From Methanocaldococcus sp. 28A (GTDB taxonomy: Archaea > AGJL01 > Methanococci > Methanococcales > Methanocaldococcaceae): a stretch of DNA of 64,000 nucleotides. Position numbers and translations under genes: made by a program. Below the pieces are notes generated by a model. It saw only the letters and a program-made list of their open reading frames with translations. It was not told the DNA's origin and did not search any database. Position 1 is the stretch's first letter. Each line of letters begins with the position of its first letter. Positions 53,640 to 64,000 of the stretch are shown in pieces. The stretch is taken from NCBI GenBank assembly GCA_049852185.1, contig CP187540.1; one strand, 5' to 3'.

Positions 53640-53998
53640 TAGCTATAAAGCGATAACTATTTTAGTTAATCCTGCTTATACATCAAAGACCTGTCCTATA
53701 TGCGGGAGTAAAATAGAGTCCCAAGAAGGGCAAGTTGTTTATTGCTCTATTGTGAAAACTCTTTTAATCGACAATTATTTGGCTGTTTTAATATCTTTAA
53801 AAGAGGTTTAGGAAAAGTTAAAGAAATTATGGGTGGCTTTGGGGCTATCTCGGAACGAAGCGACGAGAACTTAAAAACTGTAAGGTTTTTATGTCCACGA
53901 CAGAGGCAGAGGTTTCCATTAGGAAACTGATGACGCCCAATCCCAACGTAGTCTATAAAGTCAATTATAATGGAAAATATCTAATTAAAATTTCCTAA
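53640..53998 (+). pseudogene. tnpB: 3' fragment of an IS200/IS605-family TnpB gene
   Basis: YKAITILVNPAYTSKTCPICG...YC[frameshift]CENSFNRQLFGCFNIFKRG (Zn finger plus RuvC-III-like segment), then a KLMTPNPN... tail ending at TAA 53996-53998. Confidence 0.8.
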
Positions 53999-54140
53999 AT
54001 GTCTATCTTTGTCTATAAATGACTACGTTGGGAGAACCCCATGGTAAGGATATTAATCTAAGTGAGAGTTTTTAACCCTATTCTCTTCTAAAGAAACATC
54101 TACTTTAAGAAAAGAACCCAAACCCTATTTGGTGATAAAT

Positions 54141-55304
54141 ATGAATAGCAATGATTATGATGTTGTTATTATTGGTGGAGGTCCAATTGGCTGTATAACA
54201 GGAGAAAACATAAAAAACGGAAAAGTTTTGATTGTTGAAGAGCATCAAAGTATTGGAGTACCTTTGCAGTGTGCTGGTTTAATTAGCAAAAATGGAGTTA
54301 AAGAGCTTGGAAATCCAAAAGGAGTAGTTAATAAAATTAAAGGAGCTTACATATACTCAAAAAATAACTCAGTGAAAATTGGAAATGAAGAAATTAGAGC
54401 TTATGTTTTCGAGAGAAAAGTTATGGATAAAGATATTGCCATAAGGGCTTCAAAAAAATGTGATTTTTTGTTAAAAGCTTATGGAGAAATTGAAAAAGAT
54501 AAAGAGAGTTATAAAGTTAAAATAACTCACTTAGGAAAAGAAATGAAACTAAAACCAAAAATTATTGTGGGAGCTGATGGAGTTAAAACAATAACTGGCA
54601 AAAAATTGGGTTTAGTAAATAATAAAAATAGAGAGATTTTATCAAGCTGTCAATTTGAGATGGTAAATGCTAATATAGATGATGATTTTGTATATGTTTT
54701 TTTAGATAAAAGATATTCAAAGAGGTTTTTTACTTGGATAATCCCAATGGGAAATGATAGGGTTAGAGTAGGTTTGATAGATAAAGGCAACTGTTACAAC
54801 AAACTCATGAAATTTATAAATGAAAATGAAATAGCAAAGGAAATTTTAAAAAAAGCAACAATAACGGAATTTTCAACGGGTTCTTTACCCATAGGATATT
54901 TAGATAAAGCTTTTAAAAATAATGTTCTATTGGTTGGAGATGCCGCTTGTCATGTAAAACCTCTAAGTGGTGGGGGGTTGTATTTTGGAGCTATGGGAGG
55001 GAAAATAGCAGGAGAGATTATTAGTAAATATCTAAACGATGAAATAAATAGCTTAGAACTTTATGACAAAAGATGGAAAGAAAAATTTGGAAATGAGATA
55101 AAAAATAGCTTATTAATAAGAAAAATCTTTTTAAAGTTGGGAGATGATACCTTAGATAAATTTATCAAAAAATTATCAGAGAGTGATTTGATTGACTATA
55201 TAAATAAGCATGGAGATATCGATAAGCAGGCATATTTAGTAATGAAAGTTTTAAAATCATTAGATTTTGGATTAAGTTTAAAAATTTTAAGAGATTTATT
55301 ATGA
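54141..55304 (+). CDS. Geranylgeranyl reductase family flavoprotein
   Basis: IIGGGPIG, PLQCAG, GADG, WIIP, VGDAA..VKPLSGGG. Confidence 0.88.
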   Translation: MNSNDYDVVIIGGGPIGCITGENIKNGKVLIVEEHQSIGVPLQCAGLISKNGVKELGNPKGVVNKIKGAYIYSKNNSVKIGNEEIRAYVFERKVMDKDIAIRASKKCDFLLKAYGEIEKDKESYKVKITHLGKEMKLKPKIIVGADGVKTITGKKLGLVNNKNREILSSCQFEMVNANIDDDFVYVFLDKRYSKRFFTWIIPMGNDRVRVGLIDKGNCYNKLMKFINENEIAKEILKKATITEFSTGSLPIGYLDKAFKNNVLLVGDAACHVKPLSGGGLYFGAMGGKIAGEIISKYLNDEINSLELYDKRWKEKFGNEIKNSLLIRKIFLKLGDDTLDKFIKKLSESDLIDYINKHGDIDKQAYLVMKVLKSLDFGLSLKILRDLL

Positions 55305-55468
55305 CGGGTCTGTCCAATATAAGTCTATAAGGTATATCTATTCTATATTTTAAAATATAATTCTTCAATTTCTTTTTCTTTTTTTAATTTAAACATACTT
55401 TGACAAATTAATCAATTAATCATATAAATAACATAATAAGTAAATATTTTGGATACCATTCAAAAAAC

Positions 55469-56773
55469 TTATTCCTGCAAAAGTTCTATGTCATCATCAT
55501 TTGGAATATAATATCTTAACCTATTTCCAGCTCTTAAACCATATAATAAAGCCCTATTTGTATAGTTTAAAATTAGATGCATTAATTCATTCCCTCTGAT
55601 TCTCAAATGTCCATTAGAGCAGGTAATTTCATTAAATTCTTTAACATTATCGATTCTAACGTTTTTTCCATAAAATATTATCGGAACACTTTCACCAGAA
55701 TGAATTAAATCTCCAACAGAAGGTGTTGAGTGGTCTGCAGTTATTATAAGTAAATCATCATCATTTAACTTTAAATTTCCTATAAGTTTATCAATCTTTT
55801 CAATAACTTTTACTTTGTTTAATGGATTTTTTGTATGAGCTGCTTCATCAGTTTCTTTTGTATGCAAGTGAATGAAATCATAATTTAGCTCAGGAATTAA
55901 ATTTAGTCCTTCCTCAAAACTTTCAATCTTTATAAAATCCATCCCTAAGAATTTTGCTAATCCTTTAAATAATGAACTACTACCTAAAACTACAGCATTC
56001 ATTCCCCATCTTTCTTTAAAGCCTTCTACCTTTTTATATCTTGATGCCCATTTAGTTAATAAAAAATTAGCAGGCATTTTTTCCATTTTTCTTCTTTTTT
56101 TATTTATTTTATGATTTTGTAGGGTTTTATAAACATTTAAAAGATATTTGTTTAAAGCCCTTGCAGTGTCTTTTGCTTTGTTATATTCTACACTACTTTT
56201 GCATAACTCTTTTATTGGCTGAACTTTCATAATATATCTATTTTTATAGAATGGGTCAGAATCAGAGATTTTATCTGAAATCCATCCATTTTTTTCTTTA
56301 ATTTTTAGTATAAAATGAACATCAAAAGAATAAAATAGTTCAAACTTATATCCATCAATGCACATGGGTAAGGACTCTACTAATTTTTCAATCTCTTCTC
56401 TTCTGATATCTTTAGTTCTCCTATCTACAACTAAAAATCCTTTCTCATCCTTTTTTACAAATCCTAAAGATGCCCTCAAATATATGGCATTTTCCTCTAT
56501 TTCTATATCCTCTCCTAATGCCTCAATAACTCCTCTTCCCGGAAATTCTTCTAAGGAATAACCCCAAAGTAAAAAATGAGCTACTTCAGTTCCTAATGGA
56601 ATTCCCTCTTTATAGGTTGTCATTAAACCACACATACCATTTTCAGCCAATTTATCTAAGTTTGGAGTTTTTGCAAATTGTAATGGTGTTTTGTTATCTA
56701 ATATCTCACAACCTCTATCTCCTAAACCATCTAATAATATTAAAATAGCTCTCATTTTCTCACTAAATGACAT
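55469..56773 (-). CDS. Cofactor-independent phosphoglycerate mutase family protein (ApgM-like)
   Basis: LDGLGDR, TPL..AKTPNLD, GTEVAH, GRG..EALG, DEAAH, TADHSTP, HSGE. Confidence 0.85.
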   Translation of the reverse strand: MSFSEKMRAILILLDGLGDRGCEILDNKTPLQFAKTPNLDKLAENGMCGLMTTYKEGIPLGTEVAHFLLWGYSLEEFPGRGVIEALGEDIEIEENAIYLRASLGFVKKDEKGFLVVDRRTKDIRREEIEKLVESLPMCIDGYKFELFYSFDVHFILKIKEKNGWISDKISDSDPFYKNRYIMKVQPIKELCKSSVEYNKAKDTARALNKYLLNVYKTLQNHKINKKRRKMEKMPANFLLTKWASRYKKVEGFKERWGMNAVVLGSSSLFKGLAKFLGMDFIKIESFEEGLNLIPELNYDFIHLHTKETDEAAHTKNPLNKVKVIEKIDKLIGNLKLNDDDLLIITADHSTPSVGDLIHSGESVPIIFYGKNVRIDNVKEFNEITCSNGHLRIRGNELMHLILNYTNRALLYGLRAGNRLRYYIPNDDDIELLQE

Positions 56774-57593
56774 TTTTTACAACATTCTGATAATTAAAGT
56801 TTCCTTTGTATCCTTCTTTTAAAATCTCAATTGATGCGGGATATATAAATTCATTTAATAGATTTAAAATATTTTCCTTATCAAATATTACTTTTCCATC
56901 CTTATCTCTATAATTCCCACTAAAAACACATGAAAATTGCTTCTCTCCTTGCTCCCATTCATCTCCTATAATTTCTTTGATTTTCTTTCCCTCTTTTATG
57001 TATCTTATAGGCAAAATTAGTTCAACATCAAATTCTCTACAAATTTTACTATAAACCTCTAAAACTTCTTCTATTTGGTCGATTTTAAAATCTCCGTTAT
57101 GATAAACCCTCTCCCCACTGATTATTTTATTTCCCAAATGCTTTGCCAATGGGATTCTTAATATCCTCAAATATGCATGGCATCCAATACATGGGCTGTA
57201 ATAGTTATATTTTTTTGAAAGTAAAACGGCCCATCTTCCATTTAATGCATGCCAAAGTTTTGGCTCGAACATAAAATGTAATGGCAATAAAACTTTATCT
57301 CTGTCAATTTCTTTAACTCTTTTATTTGTAATTTCCCAGTTTTTGTAAAAAATGTTTATATTTCCATAATCAGTTCCTGTAAATGCAACAACAGGCAAAA
57401 CGAAATCAATACCCTCATCCATAGCTTTAATTATTGCTGCTACACTATCTCTACCTGAAAATTCTCCTATGGCAATATCTTTTAACTTTATACCATTTTC
57501 TTCAATTATTTTAAATGTTTCATCAGATAACGTTAGCTCTTTAAAAGATTTCTTAAAATCAATAAAATTTTGTAGGTCTTTATAAAATAACAT
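56763..57593 (-). CDS. Uncharacterised PP-loop-like (adenine nucleotide alpha hydrolase) protein with CxxC
   Basis: GEFSGRDS, SPCIGCH, ISGER, LILP, C-terminal SCVFSG. Confidence 0.65.
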   Translation of the reverse strand: MLFYKDLQNFIDFKKSFKELTLSDETFKIIEENGIKLKDIAIGEFSGRDSVAAIIKAMDEGIDFVLPVVAFTGTDYGNINIFYKNWEITNKRVKEIDRDKVLLPLHFMFEPKLWHALNGRWAVLLSKKYNYYSPCIGCHAYLRILRIPLAKHLGNKIISGERVYHNGDFKIDQIEEVLEVYSKICREFDVELILPIRYIKEGKKIKEIIGDEWEQGEKQFSCVFSGNYRDKDGKVIFDKENILNLLNEFIYPASIEILKEGYKGNFNYQNVVKNVI

Positions 57594-57619
57594 AACTTAT
57601 CCACCTTCAGCTATTGAAT

Positions 57620-58267
57620 TTATTTATATGTTTTTAAGTATTCTTTTATCATTTTTTCAGTATTTAAAATCTCATTAATATCCATTAATTCAATTAAAAA
57701 CATTTTACATTTAACGTCTAAGAGAGCATCTAATATTGGTTTTAAATTGTTAAGATTTTTAGGTGGCAGATGTTTTCCATTCATTTCAATCTCATAAACG
57801 TGGGAGTTGTAAATTCTATCGGAACAAATGTCTAAAAATTCTAATCGTTTGTTGTAGGGAATATGTCCAATATCAAATGTTATAAAGCAGTTAATTTCAT
57901 CAGCAATTTCAATTATATTCTTTGGATTTGATGAAAAACCTTCTCTTAAATTTTCTATGCATAATTTTACATTATTTTTTATTGCAAATTCATTAACTAT
58001 TGATAGATTTTCAATTAAAAGTTCTTTATCAATATCTTTATTTTTTCCATTATGTAGGTGGATTGTTAGATAATCTTTTCCTTTTATATTTTCAATTATA
58101 TTTTTTAAAATAAAAACACTCTCTTTTTTAATCAAATTTAAAATTGGTGCATGATAGCCCATAATATTATTTTTTTTAACTATTTTTGGATTATAATGCA
58201 ATCCCCAATCCACCAATTTATTATTAAAAGTGTATCCTTTCTTGGAGCGCATGCAAATGCCTATCAT
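57620..58267 (-). CDS. Xylose isomerase-like / AP endonuclease 2 TIM-barrel protein
   Basis: YHAP, TIH, CIENL, TFDIGH, HVYE, H.PP, IE metal ligands. Confidence 0.8.
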   Translation of the reverse strand: MIGICMRSKKGYTFNNKLVDWGLHYNPKIVKKNNIMGYHAPILNLIKKESVFILKNIIENIKGKDYLTIHLHNGKNKDIDKELLIENLSIVNEFAIKNNVKLCIENLREGFSSNPKNIIEIADEINCFITFDIGHIPYNKRLEFLDICSDRIYNSHVYEIEMNGKHLPPKNLNNLKPILDALLDVKCKMFLIELMDINEILNTEKMIKEYLKTYK

Positions 58268-58391
58268 GTTCTCACGAAAAATGTATTAACGTAATTAAGA
58301 TATATAAAATTAGATATTAACAAATCTAATATCCTATGATATAGAAACCTGGTAGTTGAAAAATAAAAAAGAAAATTAAAGGATTTTTATT

Positions 58392-59510
58392 TTAAATCAT
58401 CTCAATAAATGCCTCCAACCTTGTTTTTAACTGCTCTCTATCACTTTCAGAGTAATCAGTTTCAATTCTAATAATTGGAATGCCTTCTTCTTTTAATGCC
58501 TCTTCTACTTTAGTACCTTCTATATTAAATGTGTGACAATACTGCAAAGTGTAATAAACAACCCCGTCAACATCCAACTCTTTAACCAATCTTTTTATAT
58601 TCTCTATTCTCTCATCATTCTTAAATCTACAAGCACAAGGGATTTTGAAGTATCTTTTTGCTATATCCTCTACACTATAACCTTCAACAAAGTTTTCAAA
58701 GAATCTTGTTCCAGTACAGCTTTCTTCACCAACAACAACTCCACCAACTTCTTCAATGAGTTCAACAATTTTATTGTTTCCAGCAACCATAGGACAACCA
58801 GTTATTAGAATCCTCTTACCTTCAAATCCTTCTCCTTTTTCAACTCTCTCTTCTAACTCTTTAATTAAATCTTCTAAAACTTCTATTGTGTCATCAATAT
58901 CCAATAAGTAGGCAAATTGGAATATTTTTAAAACATCTAATCCTTTAATTGGAACTGGTTTATTTTTTCTTAATTCATAAAGCTTATAAAACAGCTCTCT
59001 AACTCTATTTACTTTATCTACAGCTTCTTTTAATTTCTCTTCAGTTATTTCATTCCCAGTTTCTTTTTCAACCAACTCTTTTAACTTTTCAACTTCATTA
59101 ATCCAGATTTTTAAAGATTCTTCATCTTTCATATGTGGAAGATGCATTATATGCATAGGAACGAGCCTTTCCATTAATTCAAACATCTTTTTCTTCCCTT
59201 CACAAGTAGTTTCACCAATAACAATATCTGATGCTTCAAAGTAAGGGCATGATTTTGCCTTCTTAAATCCATAGGATGATTTTATTAATGGGCAGAGATT
59301 TCTTGGTAAATCCTCCTCTGCTATTGGGATTGTGTCATTTTTACCTCCACATAAACCAACAGGAATTGCATTTGCTGCTAAAATTATTTCTATTGGAACA
59401 TAAGCACAGAACATTCCAAAAACTTTTCTCCCTTCTTCTTTTTGCTTGTAGAGTTGTTCTTTTCTATTAGAAAATTTTTGCATTAATTTTTCTATGGCCT
59501 TTAGTTGCAT
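58392..59510 (-). CDS. 2-hydroxyacyl-CoA dehydratase / double-cubane cluster protein family
   Basis: [54 protein letters not shown]. Confidence 0.88.
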   Translation of the reverse strand: MQLKAIEKLMQKFSNRKEQLYKQKEEGRKVFGMFCAYVPIEIILAANAIPVGLCGGKNDTIPIAEEDLPRNLCPLIKSSYGFKKAKSCPYFEASDIVIGETTCEGKKKMFELMERLVPMHIMHLPHMKDEESLKIWINEVEKLKELVEKETGNEITEEKLKEAVDKVNRVRELFYKLYELRKNKPVPIKGLDVLKIFQFAYLLDIDDTIEVLEDLIKELEERVEKGEGFEGKRILITGCPMVAGNNKIVELIEEVGGVVVGEESCTGTRFFENFVEGYSVEDIAKRYFKIPCACRFKNDERIENIKRLVKELDVDGVVYYTLQYCHTFNIEGTKVEEALKEEGIPIIRIETDYSESDREQLKTRLEAFIEMI

Positions 59511-59540
59511 TATATCACCAAATCTAATATCTATTTGGTT

Positions 59541-59556
59541 ATTAGATTTTCTAATA
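59541..59556. promoter_or_regulatory. Candidate operator ATTAGA-N3-TCTAAT
   Basis: Palindrome repeated exactly (inverted) at 63812-63827 and with two mismatches at 59657-59672. Confidence 0.4.
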
Positions 59557-59832
59557 TATTGTATATATTTTGTCCAAATTTTTGAAAATTTTCACTAAAA
59601 AACTATATTACCAATATTAAAAATTTTACCTTTAATTTTTTTGATATATTAGTAGTTATTAGAAAATATGATGATATAAAATTTATATATGTAAATTAAT
59701 AATATTAAATAGTATAATATCATATATAAAATTTTCTATTTGATTTCAATAGTATTTTTTAAATATTAGTTATGTTTTAAGCAAGTATTGAAAAATGTAA
59801 TGTACATATTAATTTTTTTAATGGGTGAGAGA

Positions 59833-60252
59833 ATGGAGTGGGAGCCAAAAATTATAGGCTTTTGTTGTAACTGGTGCACATATGGAGGGGCAGATACTGC
59901 TGGAGTTGGTAGAATGCAGTATCCTCCAAGTATAAGGATAATTAGAGTGATGTGCTCTGGAAGAATTGAGCCATCTCTTGTTTTAAAGGCTTTTAAAGAG
60001 GGGGCAGATGGTGTTTTTGTTGGAGGTTGCCACTTAGGAGATTGCCACTATGATGCTGGAAACTACAAATGGCAAAGAAGAGCTATTTTCTTAAAAGAAT
60101 TACTTCCAGAGTTTGGAATTGATCCAGAGAGATTTAGATTTGAATGGATTTCAGCATCAGAGGGAGAAAAATTCCAGCAAACAATGATTGAATTCTACAA
60201 TACAATAAAATCTCTCGGTCCATTAAAATTAAATGAAAAATTAAAAGAATAG
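59833..60252 (+). CDS. vhcD: F420-non-reducing hydrogenase subunit D, cysteine form (VhcD/MvhD)
   Basis: [35 protein letters not shown]; no in-frame TGA. Confidence 0.9.
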   Translation: MEWEPKIIGFCCNWCTYGGADTAGVGRMQYPPSIRIIRVMCSGRIEPSLVLKAFKEGADGVFVGGCHLGDCHYDAGNYKWQRRAIFLKELLPEFGIDPERFRFEWISASEGEKFQQTMIEFYNTIKSLGPLKLNEKLKE

Positions 60253-61158
60253 GTGATTGTAGTGAAAATAGCAACCACTTGGCTTTGCTGTTGCTCTGGA
60301 TGTCATATAAGCTTGTTAGATTTACATGAAGAGTTTTTAAACTTGTTAGAAAATGTTGAACTCATTCATTGCCCAGTGTTAATGGATGTTAAAGAGATTC
60401 CTGATGAGATTGATATCGCATTAATTGAAGGTGGAATAAGAAACGAAGAAAACTTAGAAATTGCAAAAGAAATGAGAGAAAAGGCAAAAATAGTTATTGC
60501 TTTTGGAACTTGTGCCGTTTATGGAGGAATTCCTGGTTTAGGAAACCTATATTCAAAAGAAGAAATCTTGGAGAAGGTGTATAAAACAACTCTATCAACA
60601 AAGAATGATGAAGGCATTATCCCAAGTGAAGAAGTTCCTCAATTAACTTCAAGAGTTAAACCGCTCTCTGAAGTTATAGATGTTGATTATTTCATCCCTG
60701 GATGCCCACCAAATCCAAAAATTATAGCCAAGGTATTAAAAGCATTATTAGAAGGCAAAAAACCAGAATTGCCAAAGAAAAACTTATGTGATGAGTGTCC
60801 AAGGAAAAAGAGTAGTGATGGTGTTGTAATTGAAACAATAAAAAGAAAATATGAAGGGAAAGTAGACCCAGAGAGATGTCTTTTAGAACAGGGTTATCTC
60901 TGTTTAGGTGTTGCAACAAGAGCTGGTTGTGGAGCTATATGCCCAAAAGTTGGAGTTCCATGTAGCGGTTGTTATGGTCCAACAGATGTCGTTATTGACC
61001 AAGGGGCTAAGATGATTTCCGCCTTATGCTCAGACTTTGGAATTGATAAAGATAGAGAAACAGACCCAACCACATTGCCAAAATCAATAAAAGATAAAAT
61101 TGGTAGTTTTTACAAATTTACTCTTCCAAGTGCTTTAATTCCTGGAAGATTAAGATAA
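60253..61158 (+). CDS. vhcG: F420-non-reducing hydrogenase small subunit (VhcG/MvhG)
   Basis: CSGC, EGG, GTCA..GG, PGCPP, C..C, CLL.QG..CLG, C...CP....PC.GCYGP. Confidence 0.9.
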   Translation: MIVVKIATTWLCCCSGCHISLLDLHEEFLNLLENVELIHCPVLMDVKEIPDEIDIALIEGGIRNEENLEIAKEMREKAKIVIAFGTCAVYGGIPGLGNLYSKEEILEKVYKTTLSTKNDEGIIPSEEVPQLTSRVKPLSEVIDVDYFIPGCPPNPKIIAKVLKALLEGKKPELPKKNLCDECPRKKSSDGVVIETIKRKYEGKVDPERCLLEQGYLCLGVATRAGCGAICPKVGVPCSGCYGPTDVVIDQGAKMISALCSDFGIDKDRETDPTTLPKSIKDKIGSFYKFTLPSALIPGRLR

Positions 61159-61171
61159 TTTAGGTGGTAAG

Positions 61172-62590
61172 ATGGTAAAATTATCAGTTGAACCAGTAAC
61201 AAGAGTCGAAGGGCATGGAAAAATAACAATATCCTTTGATGAGAATGGGAATTTAGATAAAGTTCATTTTCATGTTGTTGAAGTAAGGGGATTTGAAAAA
61301 TTTTTGGAAGGGAGATATATAGAGGATGCACCAATCTACACTCCAAGAATATGTGGAATTTGCCAAGTAGCTCACCATTTAGCAAGTGCTAAGGCTGTTG
61401 ATGAAGTTTTTGGTGTAAAAATTCCTGAAACTGCTGAACTTTTAAGAAATTTAATGCATCAAGGGGCAACAATCCACAGTCATGCTCTACACTTTTATTT
61501 CTTAGCATCTCCTGATTTAATGTTCCCAACAACAGATGATATTTTAAAAAGGAACATCTTGACAATTGCTAAGGAAAATAAGGAAATTGTTAAAGATGCA
61601 ATAGAGTTGAGAAAAATAGGGCAGACAATTGTTAAAGTTGTTGGAGGTAGGGCAATCCACCCAGTTACAGCAGTTGTTGGAGGGCAGTCAAAGCCGTTAA
61701 AAGAAGAAGAGAGGGATGAACTATTAAAACTCTCAGAGAGAGCGATTGAACTTTCTGAAAAATCCATTGAAATTGGAAAAAAACTTATTGAGAACTTAAA
61801 AGAAAATGATTTGTTAGATATTGGATATTTTGAATCCTACCATATGGGAATGGTGAATGATGGAGTTCATGAACTCTACAATGGAAAATTGAGAGTTGTA
61901 AATGCAGAGGGAAAAGTTGAGTACGAATTTCATCCATCAGAGTACTTGAACTACATAGCTGAGGGAGTTAAACCCTACTCTTATTTAAAATTCCCATACT
62001 TAAAAGATAAAGGCCCCGAAGAGGGAATATATAGAGTAAATACCTTATCAAGAATAAATGTTGCAGATAAAATGGCAACACCATTAGCACAAAAGTATTA
62101 TGAAGAATTCATTAAAGAATTTGGAAAGCCATGCCATTATCCAATGCTCTTCCACTATGCAAGGTTAATAGAGCTTTTATCAAGTTCTGAAAAAGTAAAA
62201 GAGCTTTTAGAGAATGATAATATTGTTGATACTGACATTAGAGCAGAACCAGAGGATATTGTTGGAGAAGGTGTGGGATGTGTAGAAGCTCCAAGAGGTA
62301 CTTTAATTCACCACTTCAAGACAAATGAAGATGGAATTATAACTGATGCAAACCTAATAGTTGCAACAGTTCAAAACAACCCTGCTATGGACATTGGAGT
62401 TAGAAAAGTTGCTGAAAAATACATTGAAAGACCTGAAGATGCTACTTCCCAAGTTTTAAACTATATGGAAATGGTAATTAGAGCTTATGACCCATGCCTA
62501 TCATGTGCAACCCACATAATTGGCGGTGAAAGCAAATTATCATTAGAAATCTTCCAAGGAAGTAGATTATTAAAGAAAATAGTGGGATAA
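61172..62590 (+). CDS. vhcA: [NiFe] F420-non-reducing hydrogenase large subunit, unsplit cysteine form (VhcA/MvhA)
   Basis: RVEGH, RGFE, RICGIC, APRG.L.H, C-terminal DPCLSCATH plus cleavable tail. Confidence 0.92.
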   Translation: MVKLSVEPVTRVEGHGKITISFDENGNLDKVHFHVVEVRGFEKFLEGRYIEDAPIYTPRICGICQVAHHLASAKAVDEVFGVKIPETAELLRNLMHQGATIHSHALHFYFLASPDLMFPTTDDILKRNILTIAKENKEIVKDAIELRKIGQTIVKVVGGRAIHPVTAVVGGQSKPLKEEERDELLKLSERAIELSEKSIEIGKKLIENLKENDLLDIGYFESYHMGMVNDGVHELYNGKLRVVNAEGKVEYEFHPSEYLNYIAEGVKPYSYLKFPYLKDKGPEEGIYRVNTLSRINVADKMATPLAQKYYEEFIKEFGKPCHYPMLFHYARLIELLSSSEKVKELLENDNIVDTDIRAEPEDIVGEGVGCVEAPRGTLIHHFKTNEDGIITDANLIVATVQNNPAMDIGVRKVAEKYIERPEDATSQVLNYMEMVIRAYDPCLSCATHIIGGESKLSLEIFQGSRLLKKIVG

Positions 62591-62591
62591 T

Positions 62592-63764
62592 ATGAATGGA
62601 GTATCAATCCAGAAAGATGCGTGTTTAGTGTGCTATGCTTGTCAGGCAGAATGTCCGACAAAAGCGATAGATATAGACACTTTTAACGTCTGTACCTTAT
62701 GCATGCAGTGCGTCAATGTATGCCCAACTGGGGCGTTAGTAGAGGAAGAGATAAAAATCAATGGAAAAACAGCAAAAAGAGTTAATTACTTAGCTCACAA
62801 GTGTGAGAAGTGTGGGGCCTGTGCAGAGGTTTGTCCAGTAGGGATTAAGAAGGTTGATGATGATTTCCCTTACTCGAAAGGACACTGTGTTCTCTGCCAA
62901 AAATGTATAGAAGTTTGTCCAATTGAAATTATCTCTCTACCAGGGATTATAGACAAACCTAAAAAAGAAGTTAAAGCTCCAAAAGAACCTATAGCGGTTA
63001 CAGACGCTTGTGTTGGTTGCGGAATCTGTGTTCCAGAGTGTCCTGTAGGTGCAATAACCCTAAAAGATAATAAGGCAGTTATTGATAAAAGCAAGTGTAT
63101 TTACTGCAGTATATGTGCTCAAACATGTCCATGGAATGCTATCTTTGTAGCAGGTAAGATACCTAAGAAGAGAAGAAAAGAAGTTAAGAAATTTGATGTT
63201 GATGCAGAAAAATGTATTTACTGCTTAAAATGTGTTGAAATCTGTCCAGGAGATATGATTAAGGTCGATAAGGAAAATATGATTGTTGTTCCACCAAAAT
63301 CATGTCCTGCTTGTAAGCTATGTGTAAATATCTGTCCAGTCGATGCTTTAGAATTGGATGTTAAATTAGCCTCTCCACATCCTATAACTGATGAAGGTTT
63401 AGTTATTGTAGAAGAGGATTTCGATGTATTGAAGAAATGTGCTTCTGTCTGTCCAACTGAAGCTATTGTTGTAGATGATAAGAAAAAAGAAGTTAGAATG
63501 TGTATTGTCTGTGGAGCTTGTACTGTAGCTTGCCCAACTGGTGCTTTAAAGTTGGGTAAGATAGAGCATAATGGTAAGGAATACAACAGAATTGAATTCA
63601 GCCCTTACCTCTGTGATAAATGCGGAAAATGTGTCGAAGTCTGCCCAATGAAAACCTTAAGATTATCAAGAGGCAAATTGCCTCTAAAAGGTTATTGCGT
63701 AATGTGCCTCCTCTGTCTCTCCTGCGCTGAAGCCGAAAAAAAGAAAGTTTTAGAGTTGAAATAA
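62592..63764 (+). CDS. vhcB: Polyferredoxin (VhcB/MvhB)
   Basis: Many CxxCxxCxxxCP repeats. Confidence 0.9.
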   Translation: MNGVSIQKDACLVCYACQAECPTKAIDIDTFNVCTLCMQCVNVCPTGALVEEEIKINGKTAKRVNYLAHKCEKCGACAEVCPVGIKKVDDDFPYSKGHCVLCQKCIEVCPIEIISLPGIIDKPKKEVKAPKEPIAVTDACVGCGICVPECPVGAITLKDNKAVIDKSKCIYCSICAQTCPWNAIFVAGKIPKKRRKEVKKFDVDAEKCIYCLKCVEICPGDMIKVDKENMIVVPPKSCPACKLCVNICPVDALELDVKLASPHPITDEGLVIVEEDFDVLKKCASVCPTEAIVVDDKKKEVRMCIVCGACTVACPTGALKLGKIEHNGKEYNRIEFSPYLCDKCGKCVEVCPMKTLRLSRGKLPLKGYCVMCLLCLSCAEAEKKKVLELK

Positions 63765-63848
63765 ATTTTTTAATATATTAAGATTCATCATTATAATTTC
63801 ATTCTTCAACCTATTAGAAAATCTAATTGCCATATTGAAGGTGGTAAT

Positions 63849-64000
63849 ATGGAAGAACCAAGAATTGGTGTTTATGTTTGCCATTGTGGGGTAAATATTG
63901 GAGGAGTAGTTGATTGCAAGGAAGTTGCTGAATTTGCCAAGACATTAAAAAATGTCGTTGTTGCGAGAGATTATAAGTATATGTGTGCAGATCCCGGGCA
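63849..64000 (+). CDS. hdrA: Heterodisulfide reductase subunit A (5' part only)
   Basis: [22 protein letters not shown]...YMCADPG, the HdrA N-terminus. Confidence 0.9.
   Translation, partial: MEEPRIGVYVCHCGVNIGGVVDCKEVAEFAKTLKNVVVARDYKYMCADPG

Overview
AT-rich archaeal chromosome segment. Gene content and protein sequences point to a hyperthermophilic Methanococcales methanogen, most likely a Methanocaldococcus species. Most of the window is housekeeping and methanogen cofactor genes (pyrH, histone, cofD, secF, hcgF, GGGP synthase, DHQ synthase II, nop5, dph5, bpsA, queD, aksE, priS, mptB, nrdD, aRF1, hemD, hypD, cfbD, rfcS with two inteins, cbiA/cfbB, truD, prs, wtpBC). It also carries three tRNAs (Gln-TTG, Thr-GGT, Val-CAC), an EppA/type IV pilin locus, a TusA-DsrE/CGGC/Hcp cluster, and a cysteine-type (selenium-free) vhcDGAB-hdrA operon. 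Intergenic DNA holds at least three families of short inverted-repeat elements (some nested) and decayed IS6, ISH3-like, IS5-like and TnpB relics. Best leads: (1) a GC-enriched ~175-nt leader upstream of the TusA-DsrE sulfur-carrier gene, with a 20-codon three-Cys uORF and mutually exclusive helices (candidate cysteine/sulfur-sensing attenuator or riboswitch); (2) the Cys-type Vhc-HdrA operon with a repeated palindromic T-N11-A operator candidate; (3) a TnpB relic with a retained terminal stem; (4) an uncharacterised PP-loop/double-cubane gene cluster. All assignments come from motif recognition and recall; no database searches were run.
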